A DNA stretch of 64,000 nucleotides, taken from Octopus sinensis (taxonomy: Eukaryota). The translations under genes were made by a program, and so were the position numbers. Under the pieces are notes generated by a model. It was given only the letters and a program-made list of their open reading frames with translations. It was not told the origin of the DNA and ran no database searches. The stretch covers positions 12,524,001 through 12,588,000 of the forward strand of contig NC_043000.1 of the NCBI RefSeq assembly GCF_006345805.1, in the 5' to 3' direction. This document shows, in pieces, positions 1 through 12,505 of the stretch (position 1 is its first letter; every line of letters begins with the position of its first letter).

Positions 1-539
1 AGTGGTATTTGAACTCAGAATGTAAAGAACCAGAAGAAATGGCATTAGGTATTTTGCCCAGCACACTAGCACTTCTGCCAGAGTTTAATAATGGTTTCAA
101 ATTTTGGCACAAGACCAGTAATTTTGGGGGAGATGGTAGATCAATTACATTGACCTCGGACAGCACTTGATTAACCACTGAGCAAAATAAGCACATACTT
201 AGGGAATCAAGGGAAGAGGGGCACCATTGAATGGTAAATGGTTTAAGATACTAAAAAATCACTTTAAACTTGCTAAAATAACATTTGAACTGGTTTATGT
301 GATTGGAAATATAATTTTGAAGTATTCATAGTGAAGATTTGATCAAAGGCTTCTCAATTAAAAAAAAGTAGGAGAAAACTTTTCAAATATAAATAAAATG
401 GAAGTATAGAAAAATAAATATTATTTTCCATTTTACTGTTAGTTTCATTTCATTTTGAAAAACAAAAAATTTTTTTATGGTTTATTATTGCTTATAATTG
501 AAATTAAGTAGATATGGCGGAATGTAAATTACATATATA

Positions 540-930
540 TGGTTTTCCGGTGGCACGTAAAAAGCACCGTTCAAGCGTCATCGTTACCAGCATCACCTTA
601 CTGGCACTTGTGCCAGTAGCACGTGAAAAAACATTCAAGCGAGGTTGTTGCCAGTACTGTTGGACTGGCTCCTGTTCAGGTGGCATTTAAAAAACACCAT
701 TTGAGTGTGGCTTTTACTAATACCACCTGACTGGCCCTCGTGCCAGTGGCACGGAAAAGCACCCACTACACTCTCGGAGTGGTTGGCATTAGGAAGGGCA
801 TCCAGCTGTAGAAACTCTGCCAGATCAGGGTGGAGCCTGGTGCAGCCATCTAGTTCACCAGTCCTCAGTCAAATCGTCCAACCCATGCTAGCATGGAAAG
901 CGGACATTAAACGATGATGATGATGATGAT
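540..930 (+). mobile_element. RTE LINE 3' UTR fragment
   Basis: gttggcattaggaagggcatccagctgtagaaac...gctagcatggaaagcggacattaaacgatgatgatg. Confidence 0.8.
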
Positions 931-1904
931 ATGGTGGCACAAAAATCATTTAAATGCTTAGGGCTTTTATGGGTCTTAATCCAGCCATGACATCAGTAGT
1001 CAATTGGTGCTTATTTTATCTACCCTGAAAGGATGAAAGGTAAAGTCAACCTTGGCAGAATTTGAACTCAGATGGATGAATTGCTGCTAAGAATTTTGCT
1101 TAGTGTGGTAATGATTCTGCCAGAGTTTAATACCGACAATTATTTTGATAAATTCTTCATTATTTTGAAAATTAATCAAAGTGAAAATCGTGCATTTCCT
1201 TAGGAGTAATAAAAGAAGCAAAGATCATTGTGTCAGATGAGGCACCCTCTAAATGGTTGCTCTACTTATTAAACATAGCAGCCAAATCTCTCTCAAATCA
1301 CAGTCTGCCATCATCATTCTCATATCATCTTCATCATCATTCTCACACCATCTTCATTATTGTCACATCATCTTCACCATTGTCCTCACATCATCATCAT
1401 TTGATATCCACTTTTCCTTACTTGCATGGATCAGATGGAATTTAAAATGATGATGCAAAAATAATGATGATGATGAATGGGTTTGACAGGTTTGCTTGCT
1501 CTATAGTGTTCTCTTCTATAATGATGTTAAAACACCATTTCACCTAATCTGCCAGATCTGTCTCCTAGCTACTTTGTTCCAACACTTACTTCTGCAACTT
1601 CTAGCAGACATGTCTCCCTCCAGGAATTTAAAGCATCCAACTTATATTACATACATGTCTGTGCTATCACATAAACACATGCACACGAACACACACGTAC
1701 ACACACACACACACACATGCGTGCGCATGCACACACAGAGCTGAGCTCCCAAACAGACATCGGTCAACATCATCACTGCCCAGCCACTCAAGGGAGCAAT
1801 ATTGCCAGACACAGTCGAATAACACTGCAAATGGATATGAATTCCAGACAGCTGATGAGGAGGAATGTGAGACAGCATGGAATCTACCGGCAGCCATCAC
1901 ATGT

Positions 1905-2530
1905 GTATGTATGAATGAGAGTATGCATATGTATGTGTGTATAGTTGTATGTGTGAGTGTGTGTATGTATGTGATTGTACATGGCTGTATGTGTGTGTAG
2001 TTGTATGTGTGAGTGTGTGTATGTGTGATTGTACATGGCTGTATGTGTGTGTAGTTGTATGTATGTGTGTATGTAGGTGATCGTACATGGCTGTATGTGT
2101 GTGTGTGTGTGTATGTGATCATACATGGCTGTATGTGTGTGTAGTTGTATGTGTGAGTGTGTGTATGTATGTGATCGTACATGGCTGTATGTGTGTGTAG
2201 TTGTATGTGTGAGTGTGTGTATGTGTGATTGTACATGGCTGTATGTGTGTGTAGTTGTATGTATGTGTGTATGTAGGTGATCGTACATGGCTGTATGTGT
2301 GTGTGTGTGTGTATGTGATCATACATGGCTGTATGTGTGTGTAGGTGTATGTGTGTGTGTATGTATGTGATCGTACATGGCTGTATGTGTGTGTAGTTGT
2401 ATGAGTGTGTGTGTGTATGTGATCATACATGGCTGTATGTGTGTGTAGTTGTGTGTGTGTGTGTGTATATGTATGTGATCGTACATGGCTGTATGTGTGT
2501 GTAGTTGTATGTGTGTGTGTGTGTGTGTGT
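1905..2530. repeat. ~50-bp (TG)-rich minisatellite
   Basis: Repeating gtgatcgtacatggctgtatgtgtgtgtagttgtatg unit, about 12 copies. Confidence 0.9.
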
Positions 2531-3445
2531 GCCTCTTATAGTTGAGTGCAAAGTTGGAGTGAAGTATTAGAGTTCATTATCTAACTCTCACTCACACTCA
2601 CTTTCTTTCAATTTCACCTATGTGTCTATCCATCTACATTACACATACACGACACACACATACATACACACACACATACATACACACACACATACATACA
2701 CATACACATACATACACACACACATACATACACACACACATAAAAATACACATGTGCACACACACACACTAAAATACACATGCACATACACACACACACA
2801 CACACCTCAGTACACATACACACAGAGATGTGCACGAGACACACACACACACAGACAACCCTAAGTACACATGCACACACAGATGTGCACAAGACACACA
2901 CACACGCACCTCAGTACACATACACACACAGACGTGCGCGAGACACACACACACACACACTGTCTGTGTGTCAGTCTCTCAGAGTCGAGAAATGTATGAT
3001 GGGGGGGGGTATAAAGCAGGGAGAGGCGATAGAATAACAACAGTAAGGGAAGGTTGACATCTCCAAACAGCAGCGGCGGCAGCGGCAACAGCAGCAGCAA
3101 CACCATCAACAGCAGCTGCAGCCAGAATAACAGCAGCATCAGCATCAGCAGCAGTCACTGCATCAGTGAATGCAGCATCAAAAAACTGGCAATGTGTCGC
3201 AAATCTTCTCCATGCCTTTCGTCCTCCCTCCCCCTCCCCCCCACGACATGTCCACGAGCAGGATGCTGTAGTTTTCGTTCCGAAACTATTAGAAAGGTGG
3301 CGGTGGTGGTGTGGGAATGGGGTGGTGGAGGGGGTGGGTGTGTGTGTGTGCAAAGAATGTTAGAAGGTGACTGAAGAAACATAAATACACATAAAGTCAG
3401 AGGAAGAAATATAAAGACGAAAATAATAAAGGGGGAAGATGCTGG

Positions 3446-3566
3446 AATAATGATAATAATAATAATAATGATAATAATGATAATGATAATAGTAATAATA
3501 ATAATAATGATAATAATAATAATGATAATGATAATAATGATAATAGTAATAATAATAATAATAATG

Positions 3567-3597
<31 letters not shown>

Positions 3598-3826
3598 TAA
3601 TAATAATAGTAATAATAATAATAATGATAATAATAATAATGATAATGATAATAATAATAATGATAATAATAATAATAATAAGATAATAATAATAATGATA
3701 ATAATAATAATAATAATAATGATAATAATAATAATAATAATGATAATAATAATAATGATAATGATAATAATAATAATGATAATAATAATAATGATAATAA
3801 TAATAATGATAATGATAATAATGATA

Positions 3827-3872
<46 letters not shown>

Positions 3873-4056
3873 TAATAATAATAATAATAATGATAATAGT
3901 AATAATAATAATAATAATGATAATAATAATAATAATGATAATAATAATAATGATAATAATAATGATAATAATAATAATAATAATGATAATAGTAATAATG
4001 ATAATAATAATGATAATAATAATGATAATGATAATAATAATAATGATAATAATGAT
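3446..4056. repeat. (AAT/GAT)n compound microsatellite, ~610 bp
   Basis: Direct reading of the sequence. Confidence 0.95.
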
Positions 4057-4189
4057 AACAGACAAGATGTCTGTAAGAATACGGAAGGGTGGATGGGAGG
4101 AAAGGAGGGAGGAAGAGAGACAAAGACAAACAGAGACAGACAGAAGGAAAACAAAGCAAAAGACAGAAGACACTAGGGAAAGTAATTAA

Positions 4190-4190
4190 C

Positions 4191-4227
<37 letters not shown>

Positions 4228-4469
4228 GCGGTGATGATGGCGGTGATGATGAGAAGAAGAAGAAGAAAAAAGAAGAAGAAGAGGGATGATGATGGTGGTG
4301 GTGGTGGCAGTGATGATGAGAAGAAGAAGAAGAAGGAGGATGATGATGGTGGTGGTGGTGATGGCGGTAGTGGCGGTGATGATGATGATGGTGGTGGTGG
4401 TGGTGGTGATGGCGGTAGTGGCGGTGATGATGATGATGGTGGTGGTGGTGGTGGCGGCGGTAGTGGCGG

Positions 4470-4500
<31 letters not shown>

Positions 4501-4790
4501 GGTGATGATGATGGTGATGATGATGATGGTGGTGGTGGTGATGGTGGTAATGGCGGTAATGATGATGATGATGGTGGTGGTGATGGCGGTGATGATGATG
4601 ATGATGGTGATGGTGGTGGTGATGGCGGTAGTGGCGGTGATGATGATGATGATGGTGGTGGTGATGGCGGTAGTGGCGGTGATGATGATGATGGTGGTGG
4701 TGGTGGTGGTGATGGCGGTGGTGGTGGTGATGGCGGTAGTGGCGGTGATGATGATGATGGTGGTGGTGGTGGTGATGGCGGTAGTGGCGG

Positions 4791-4821
<31 letters not shown>

Positions 4822-4856
4822 GGCGGTAGTGGCGGTGATGATGATGATGATGAGGA
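4190..4856. repeat. (GAT/GGT/GGC)n compound microsatellite with higher-order units
   Basis: Recurring gatggcggtagtggcggt block. Confidence 0.95.
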
Positions 4857-5544
4857 GGAGGAGACCGATGAAGAAATGGATGGAAGGTGAGTATGTAGGC
4901 AAAAGGACAAGGCAACTGAGGAGAGTAAGAATGAGAAAGAAAGTGAATGAGGAGAAAAATAGGAGAGGAAGGAGGAGGTGTGAAGAGAAATCAGTTTGAT
5001 TAAAAAGGAGACAAACGTCAGTAAAATCCAAACTAAATGTGATGAATAGCCATTTTGATAGGAAAGGAAGAATTTATTGATGTGTACTGGCTCATGTAGT
5101 GGAACATTCCATTACAGAACACACACATGCACACACACGCATATACATGTGTAAAGGGACAGGCATGGCTGTGTGGTTAAGAAGTTTGCTTTGCAACTGT
5201 GTAATATCAGGTTCAGTCCCACAATGCAGCGTCTTGGACAAATGTCCTTTTTTCAATATAACCTTGGGTTGACAAATTCCTTGTGTGTGAATTGAGGAAG
5301 ACAGAAACTGAGCGGAAGCTTGATCTGTTGTGTGTGTGGGTGGTGGAGGTGGTGAATGTATGTATGCATGTGGCTGGGTGGTAAAGAAGTTTGCTTCAAA
5401 GCCACATAGTTCCAGGTTCAGTCCCACTGCGTGGCACCTTGGACAAGTGTCTTCTACTACAACCTCAGGCCAATCAAAGCCTTGTGAGTAGATGTGGTAG
5501 ATGGAAACTGAAAGAAGCCTGTTGTGTGTATGTGCATATATATA

Positions 5545-6185
5545 TATGTACTACGGATGGATGAGGAGAGATGTGTGAAGAAGTGCCACTCCCATACAGT
5601 TGATGGAAACCGGGGTAGAGGTAGACCCAGGAAGACATGTGATGAGGTGGTCAAGCATGACCTTCGAACGTTGGGCCTCACAGAGGCAATGACGAAAGAC
5701 CGAGACCTCTGGGAGATATGCTGTGACTGCAAAGACCCAACAAATAACATGAGTTCATGGCTGTTTCCTGCACCAGCTTCACATAGAAGCCCCAGCCCAT
5801 CCAAAGTACCTTGGATTGCAGGATGGCTTGCTGTGCTTAGCTTGGATCATAGGGCAACCTGCTCTGCTTGAGGAAACCTATTGAGTCAAGTACATCAACA
5901 TCAAAAAATCAAATGGAAATTGTAGTTGTGATACGTGTGCCGGTGGCACATAAAGAGCACCATCCGATCGTGGCTGCTGCCCGCCTCCCTGGCACCTGTG
6001 CCGGTGGAACGTACAAAGCACCCACTACACTCACGGAGTGGTTGGTGTTAGGAAGGGCATCCAGTGGGAGAAACACTGCCAAATCAGACTGGAGCCTGGT
6101 GCAGCCTCCTGGTTTCCCAGACCCCGGTCGAACTGTCCAACCCATGCTAGCATGGAAAACAGACTTTAAAGGATGATGATGATGA
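5545..6185 (+). mobile_element. RTE-clade LINE 3' end (ORF2 C-terminus plus 3' UTR)
   Basis: VLRMDEERCVKKCHSHTVDGNRGRGRPRKTCDEVVKHDLRTLGLTEAMTKDRDLW, then the gttggtgttaggaagggcatcc motif and a (GAT)n tail. Confidence 0.85.
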
Positions 6186-7420
6186 TACATGTACGTATGT
6201 ATACATGCCTGTATATATTTATGTGTGTGTGTCTTTGTGTTTGTGTCCTCCCACCAACCATCGCTTGACAACTAATGTGGTTGGTAAGCAAGCTACTGAC
6301 CACACACACCCACTCCTGTATATACACTGTTATTTATTTTTTTGTATGATGCAGAGTTTTCAGAATTGCATATGACTTTTGAAAATATGTTAAGAGACAT
6401 TACTAGTTGCTTCTACATTAATAATTATTATTTCTACTGACTTAGTTAAAAAAAAAGGGATTAAAGACTTATGGACTATGACTATAGTATGTAATAATAA
6501 GCATGGAAAGTTAATGAGTTGAAATTATGAAGGTATCAAGAGAAGGTATTGTTATATGATATAATGAGTTATTGGCAGGAATTAACAGTATAAATGACAA
6601 TGACTATTGTGTTAGGGAGTACATAATAGAGGGTTAAAAACCAGGGACAGAAATAGAGAAAAAATTATTATCCATTCAATCAGGTAGTGCTTCAGAAGGT
6701 ACTTGTCAGAGTGGTGACAATTAATGAAGATCTCTGATTTGATAATTAGATAGTTTTCAGGTTTATTAAAGTTACTGAGTATAAGGTTCTTTCTAACTAT
6801 GAATAACCTGTGGCCTTTTGTACCATTTCTGTATGGTCTGCATCCCAAATTCCAGATGTAATTGAATTGTTTTGTTGCATTTCTTGTTTTTATATTTCTA
6901 AAGGATAAAGTATGGCTGAAGTATCATTATTTAAATATACCTTCTATAATGCCTCCATAGAGTTTACAATGATTTTAAAATTTAATTTGGTGAATAACCC
7001 CTTCAGTATTGCATGATAGGCTAAGATGGCATATATTTGTATTTTTGTATGTACTACAGTTTATTTAATTGGTTGCTTTTTATTTTACCTATTAGTTGTA
7101 CAGCTGTAACTCAGTTTGAGGTTAATTCTGTTGAATAATTTTCTATATTAGTGATTCATGAAGAAACATTTATTTATTAAGGCTAGAAAGGTTTTAGCAA
7201 TACTAGACTTAATATCTAAGGTGAAAGAACACACAAACCAGTTAATTATGCAGGATCTCTTCTTACATTAGACATCAGGGTTAAGGGATCATATAAGTGA
7301 TCATATTTTCAAATCTTTTAGCTTCTAGCACTATTGTAGCAAGAGACTACTTAGTCAAAGGTTTCATAATTGATGACCAGTTAGAAGTATCTACTTTTAT
7401 TAGTAATCAGCTCCTAAGAT

Positions 7421-7620
7421 GGTGAGCTGGCAGAATCATTAGCACACTGGACGAAATGCTTAGTGGTACTTCGCCTGTCACTTCGTTCTGAGTTCAAATT
7501 CTGCTGAGGTCAACTTTGCCTTTCATACTTTCAGGGTTGATTAGATAAGTACCAGTTACACACTGGGGTTGATGTAATTGGCTTAATCCCTTCCCCCAAA
7601 TTTCAGGCCTTGTGCCTACC
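7421..7620 (+). mobile_element. tRNA-derived SINE, family A (gagctggcagaa...ctgagttcaaattc...gataagtaccag)
   Basis: A/B-box-like head and shared central domain; one of more than 20 copies in the window. Confidence 0.8.
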
Positions 7621-7624
7621 AGCT

Positions 7625-8135
7625 CCGGTATTCAATCCTCAGATGAGGAAATTTTGGTAAAAAAAAAGCTAAACTTGCTGTCTTCAATCTGGTTTTCATA
7701 CTTATGGTCATGAATATTGGGCAATGGCCAAAAGAGTACAAATCATGAATACAAGCAGCCAAAAATGTAATTCCTCCAAAAGGCACTCTGAAGTCATGTT
7801 ACTTCACAGAGTGGATGGCTCAGAAATCAAAGAGTTTTCCAGTCATGCTGTTGTTCCTCCACTTTGAGTGGTCACAGCTCCAGTACTCAATGTCACAGGA
7901 AATAACAGCAAGTCAGATTCTTCATGCCAAGCCAACCTACAGGAGTTCCTGGGGATAGACCAAAAATGAGATGGTTGGATAATATCTGTTGTCTTGGTTG
8001 GTCACGCTTGAGAATCCAGCTGCAAAATGTAATTATGGTTGCTTCTAATGAGACCCTGTAGAGGAGGTGCCTGAGGACTCTACTCCCACAACAGTTTCAT
8101 GAATAGTGAGCAGAGAAAATGGCTGGCTGGCTAAA
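7625..8135 (+). mobile_element. Second RTE-like LINE family, 3' remnant (related copies at 34630-34860 and 49340-49612)
   Basis: Degenerate AKLAVFNLVF..YGHEYWAM and GRPKMRWLDNI coding remnants; shared 3' motif gaggaggtgcctgaggactc in all three copies. Confidence 0.65.
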
Positions 8136-8249
8136 TTATTAATCAGATTTTTGAAACTATGAGTGAGTGGTAGAAATCTCCATCAATGCGAGTTTTTCTT
8201 CAGGTCTGCAATATGATTTGTATTTCTCGAGTTGAAGGTAATGTCAATA

Positions 8250-8635
8250 CTCTTTCTACTCTTTTACTTGTTTCAGTCATGTGACTGTGGCCATGCTGGA
8301 GCACTGCATTTAGTCGAACAAATCGACCCCAGGACTTATTCTTTGTAAGCCTAGTACTTATTCTATCAGTCTCTTTTGCCGAACAGCTAATGGGGACGTA
8401 AACACACCACCATCGGTTGTCAAGTGATGTTGGGAGGACAAACGCAGACACACAAACACACACACACATATATATACGACTGGCTTCTTTCAGTTTCCGT
8501 CTACCAAATCCACTCACAAGGCTTTGGTTGGCCCAAGGCTATAGTAGAAGACACATGCCCACAGTGCCATGCAATGGGACTGAACCCGGAACCATGTGGT
8601 TCATAAGCAAGCAACTCACCACACAGCCACTCCTA
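8250..8635 (-). mobile_element. tRNA-derived SINE, family B (head, (TA/CA)n linker, tail ending gaaacaagtaaaagag)
   Basis: Reverse complement of gagtggctgtgtggt...ttccgggttcagtccc...gtaaaagagt. Confidence 0.82.
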
Positions 8636-9799
8636 CACTTGTTTAAAAATATTTTAATACATAGATTATTCAACAGAATTAACCTAAAACAGAGTTACAG
8701 CTGTACAACCAGCATGAAAAATAGTTATTTTTAGGCTGGAGTTATTGAGTTATTGTAGATGTTAATGAGTTCCTTTCTAAATGCATCTAATGCTAACATT
8801 ATTGACATGCTGGAATATAGCCAACACATCATCTCTGCATAAACTTATTTCTATTGTGACGAATTTCACTTTAGCTGTATTTAAGATATATAAACCAATA
8901 AGACTGCATATCTCTGCGCTATCAAATAACCTCATAATGATGTCGAATGAACTCCACAGAATCTGATTTTTTAATCTAGGAAAAACCCTTGTCAATGAGC
9001 AAAATTTTCCAAGTATGCATGATCATATCTATATTATTGCTGTCATATTGTGATATATCTTAGTGAAGGGAAGGGGAAGAGGATATACATACATGGGAAC
9101 ACACAAGTATACATAAATATTCCTAATATACCCATGTGCAAACATACACACACACACACACTGATAAACATATTCACACACATATGCACATATAAATGTA
9201 CACACGCTAGCCTTGGTACATTTAAATTCAGACACAGAAGTGCCTTTGATCTATTTTAAGCATTTAGGGTAGGGAAGTTAGATTCTCTACATTAGGTGGG
9301 GAAGTTGTCTTTAAGATCAGAAGGGCAGTAGGGTCCCATTACTGGAGGGTCAACTTTAGGATCTGCCAGCATATTTTTTTTTTTTAGATAGATTACTTTA
9401 ACTATTGACACATTGCATCAGGGACTATATTCAGGGAATATGAAACTGCTTTTTACCGTTAGGGACCATGTTCAAGAAAAAGGATGGTACACATTAGGGG
9501 CCAATGTTAAGAACAAGGTTTCTTGCTGCTGTTGGTTCTATAAGCTAGGGACTATATTTAGAAGATGAACTAACATTCCTGTTGATTCTACATTTCAGAA
9601 GCCATCTTTAAGGGAAAAGTGTAGCTGCTGTTGGTTCTATGCCAGGAGGTATGCTTAGGAGAAAGACTATAGATACCTTTTTTTAATTATGCATTTTAAG
9701 GATTATCCTTAGGAGAATGGATAATGTTGCCCTGGTCTAAATTCCAAGTGCCATCTTTAGGAGGTGAATTAATGATGTTGATTCTACATCATCATCATC

Positions 9800-9970
9800 A
9801 TGATCATCATCATTGTCATCATCATCGTTTAACGTCCGCTTTCCATGCTAGCATGGGTTGGACGATTTGACTGAGAGCTGGCGAACCAGATGGTTGCACC
9901 AAACTCCAATCTTGATCTGGCAGAGTTTCTACAGCTGGATGCCCTTCCTAACGCCAACCACTCCGAGAGT
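9800..9970 (-). mobile_element. RTE LINE 3' UTR fragment
   Basis: Reverse complement of the same RTE tail, starting with (CAT)n. Confidence 0.8.
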
Positions 9971-10084
9971 GGGAACTGTTTTATTAATAAGAACAATCAA
10001 CCAACAATGGTCTGTCTAATACCTGCACTGACTGATTAAAAGTCTACAAATGTTTAATAATAGGTTGAAAATAGATTTTCTATA

Positions 10085-10400
10085 CATCATCTTGACACAT
10101 TTCCAGTAATGTTTCCTGGAGTCATTGGGTGTTATGGGTCTTTCTATAATCAGACACCCTCATCCAAGCAATCTAACCATAAGTAATCAAGATCCAGTTT
10201 GTGTCAATTTAACACTAACCCAGGTAGCACTATCTCCTCCAGGGATCACACCTCCTGATCCAAGGACATCTTGAGGCAAACCTCTGCAGCTTCTGTAGCC
10301 AACTAGATAGCCATCTTCCTGCTGGTCCCTGTAATACTCAACATCTTATAGGCTTTGCAAAGGGACTGGCTTGCAAACTTAAGACCCACAAGACCGGGAG
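10085..10400 (-). mobile_element. 3' end of a HERO-like (restriction-like endonuclease clade) non-LTR retrotransposon
   Basis: Minus-strand translation KFASQSLCKAYKMLSITGTSRKMAI*LATEAAEV/ASRCPWIRRCDPW (cf. GFAGQSLCRAY..LGITG...AI....EAAE.ASRWLWIKR). Followed by a HERO-type 3' UTR: gagggtgtctgat...gaaagaccc...aacacccaatgactccagga. Confidence 0.75.
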
Positions 10401-10550
10401 GTCTTACAATAACAGAGTGTCTGTCAATACCAGAAACTAAGATTGAAACATCTACTAAATACCAATAACTGCAATGATAATGTATACCAACACCAAAAAT
10501 GTCTATCAACATTGAACAGTATACCAATAATAATAATAATAATACTTTAC

Positions 10551-10637
10551 CAATTTCTTCTTCTTGGTCCCGTGTACTGGCATTCTTACTCAACCTCTCG
10601 AGGTTCTCAGCCAAATAAGCCTCATTTGATACATGCA
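10551..10637 (-). CDS. ASAP: Internal coding exon (87 bp, phase 1/phase 1) of an ASAP-family ArfGAP (ArfGAP with SH3, ankyrin repeat and PH domains), N-terminal BAR domain
   Basis: Minus strand reads acceptor ttttttattttgcag | TG CAT GTA TCA AAT GAG GCT TAT ... GAA GAA ATT G | gtaaag donor. Peptide (V)HVSNEAYLAENLERLSKNASTRDQEEEI(G) aligns by recall with human ASAP1 DHVQNEENYAQVLDKFGSNFLSRDNPDLG and with the Drosophila Asap equivalent. No neighbouring exons were recognised in the window. Confidence 0.88.
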
Positions 10638-11644
10638 CTGCAAAATAAAAAAGTATGTATTAGACAACCAAGCTCACAAAGAGTAATACAGTAGTAAGAG
10701 CTGTTACTTTAATATCAGTATTCATATTATTGTCATTCTTATTGTGACATTTTGCCTGTCTTCACATTCTGAGTTCAAATTCTACTAAGGCTGACTTTAC
10801 CTTTTACCCTTTGAGTTGATGTAATCAGCTTTGTAACCAACTTTACCTTTTACCCATGGGGTTGATGTAATCAACTTTGCCTTTCATCCTTTTGGAGTCA
10901 ATAAATTAAGGACCAGTGAAACATTGGGGTCGATGTAATCGACTTATCCCCTCTCACAAAATTTTTCACGCCTTGTGCCTTTAGCAGAGAGGATTATTAT
11001 TACTATAATTCATTAACTTTGCATTGGGGATTGATGAAGTAAAATATCGGTCTAGAATTGGTAGTGGAGGTGTCAGTGGTATTAACTTACCTCTCCCCTA
11101 AATGCTTCTGGTCTTGTGTTTATAATTCTCTCCCCGCCCTCTCTCTCTCACCAGCTGAAGAAGTCATGAATTCTCTTCAACAAGACACCAGCTCTTGTCC
11201 CTCTATCATACTTTCACCTCCTTCAATACAATAACTCCACCCAATTGAGGGCTCTTGTCTTATGAGTACTCAGTAACCTTATTTAGTGTTGGTGCCACAA
11301 AAAAAAAAAAGATCTCCAGTACACTCTGTAAAGTGGCTGCTGTTACAAAGCACATCAGCTTATGGAATCTGAACCAAAGCAGAGACATAGGAGTCCAACA
11401 TAACCCTCTGAATCACCAGCTCTTGTTGAACTGACCAACCTATGCTAGCATGGAAAAGGAAATATTAAATGATAATAATGATGGAGATAATCGTGCAGAA
11501 TAGGTGTTATTTGAGTAATATATTGTGAGATGAATGTAAAGTTATGTCAGGATAGTGTAAATTGATAGTAGCTGGCAAACACTATTACTTGTAGCTTCAT
11601 CCTAATTCAGTGCAGAGAAACAACATTTATGCAAAATACTTAAT

Positions 11645-12066
11645 AGCATTACCAGTGTTGCCTTACTGGCAGTTGTCCCTGTGCTAGTAGGGTGCCAAGA
11701 GCACCATCCGAGCATGATCGTTGCCAGAGCTGCCAACTGGCTTCTGTGCCGTTGGCACGTAAAAGGGCACCATTCAAGCGTGATCGTTACCAATGTCGCC
11801 TTACTGGCACCTGTACTGGTGGCATGTGTAAAAAGATTCGAGCGAGATCATTGCCAGTACCGCCTGACTGGTCCCCGTACCGGTGGCACGTAAGAAGCAC
11901 CCACTACACTCTCGGAGTTGTTGGCGTTAGGAAGGGCATCCAGCTGTAGAAACTCTGCCAAATCAAGATTGGAGCCTGGTGCAGCCATCTGGTTCGCCAG
12001 CCCTCAGTCAAAATCGTCCAACCCATGCTAGCATAGAAAGCGGATGTTAAACGATGATGATGATGA
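11645..12066 (+). mobile_element. RTE LINE 3' UTR fragment
   Basis: Same tail motif, ending in (GAT)n. Confidence 0.8.
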
Positions 12067-12122
12067 AGATTCAGTATTGCTTTGTGGTTAAATCGTTTGA
12101 CTGACTAATACCTGAAACAAAG

Positions 12123-12505
12123 TGGAGGCGCAATGGCCCAGTGGTTAGGGCAGCGGACTCGCGGTCACAGGATCGCGGTTTCGATTCCCAGACCGGGCGT
12201 TGTGAGTGTTTATCGAGCGAAAACACCTAAAGCTCCACGAGGCTCCGGCAGGGGATGGTGGTGATCCCTGCTGTACTCTTTCACCACAACTTTCTCTCAC
12301 TCTTACTTCCTGTTTCTGTTGTGCCTGTATTTCAAGGGGCCGGCCTTGTCACTCTCTGTGTCATGCTGAATATCCCCGAGAACTACGTTAAGGGTACACG
12401 TGTCTGTGGAGTGCTCAGCCACTTACACGTTAATTTCACGAGCAGGCTGTTCCGTTGATTCGGATCAACCGGAACCCTCGTCGTAACCGACGGAGTGCTT
12501 CCATC
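12123..12505 (+). mobile_element. tRNA-derived SINE, family C (ggaggcgcaatggcccagtggttagggcagcggactcgcggtc)
   Basis: Clear A/B-box head; related copies at 21852-22232(-), 25415-25690(+), 30952-31253(+) and 55070-55290(-). Confidence 0.82.

Larger units (their letters stand above)
6400..9035 (-). mobile_element. Degenerate, interrupted Penelope-like retroelement (RT plus C-terminal GIY-YIG endonuclease; Naiad-like)
   Basis: RT core at ~8722-9035: SSFDIIMRLFDSAEICSLIGLYILN...ISLCRDDVLAIF (cf. FDVTMGSFDGAEVCELVGL...LYRDDGLA). Linker at ~7090-7250: WFVCSFTLDIKSSIAKTFLALINKCF...KLFNRINLKLSYSCTTN (cf. WFNPPF...KIFNRNTVKVSYSCMPN). Endonuclease at ~6680-6990: CNTEGVIHQ...YGGIIEGIFK...NATKQFNYIWNL...CRPYRNGTK...KSEIFINCHHSDKYLL. 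Contains stops and frameshifts; interrupted by SINE and RTE insertions at 7420-8635. Confidence 0.85.

Noticed and set aside
1743-1900. Plus-strand peptide NTANGYEFQTADEEECETAW resembling the end of a PH domain
   Set aside because: Opposite strand to ASAP, needs a frameshift to join the upstream similarity, and has no good splice sites; a decayed RTE-like LINE remnant is at least as plausible.
3155-5031. Long ORFs (586, 281, 264, 258, 245 aa) rich in His, Ile, Pro, Asp or Gly
   Set aside because: They are translations of trinucleotide microsatellites, open in several frames on both strands, with no splice or homology support.
6905-6935. In-frame TGA in the Penelope-like endonuclease as possible selenocysteine
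   Set aside because: It occurs as TAA TGA at a position expected to be Gln-Arg (CAA CGA), so C>T decay in a dead copy explains it.
12123-12200. tRNA-like sequences at SINE heads (also 25415, 30955, 33730 and others)
   Set aside because: They have A/B boxes but run into SINE bodies and lack a complete cloverleaf; not tRNA genes.
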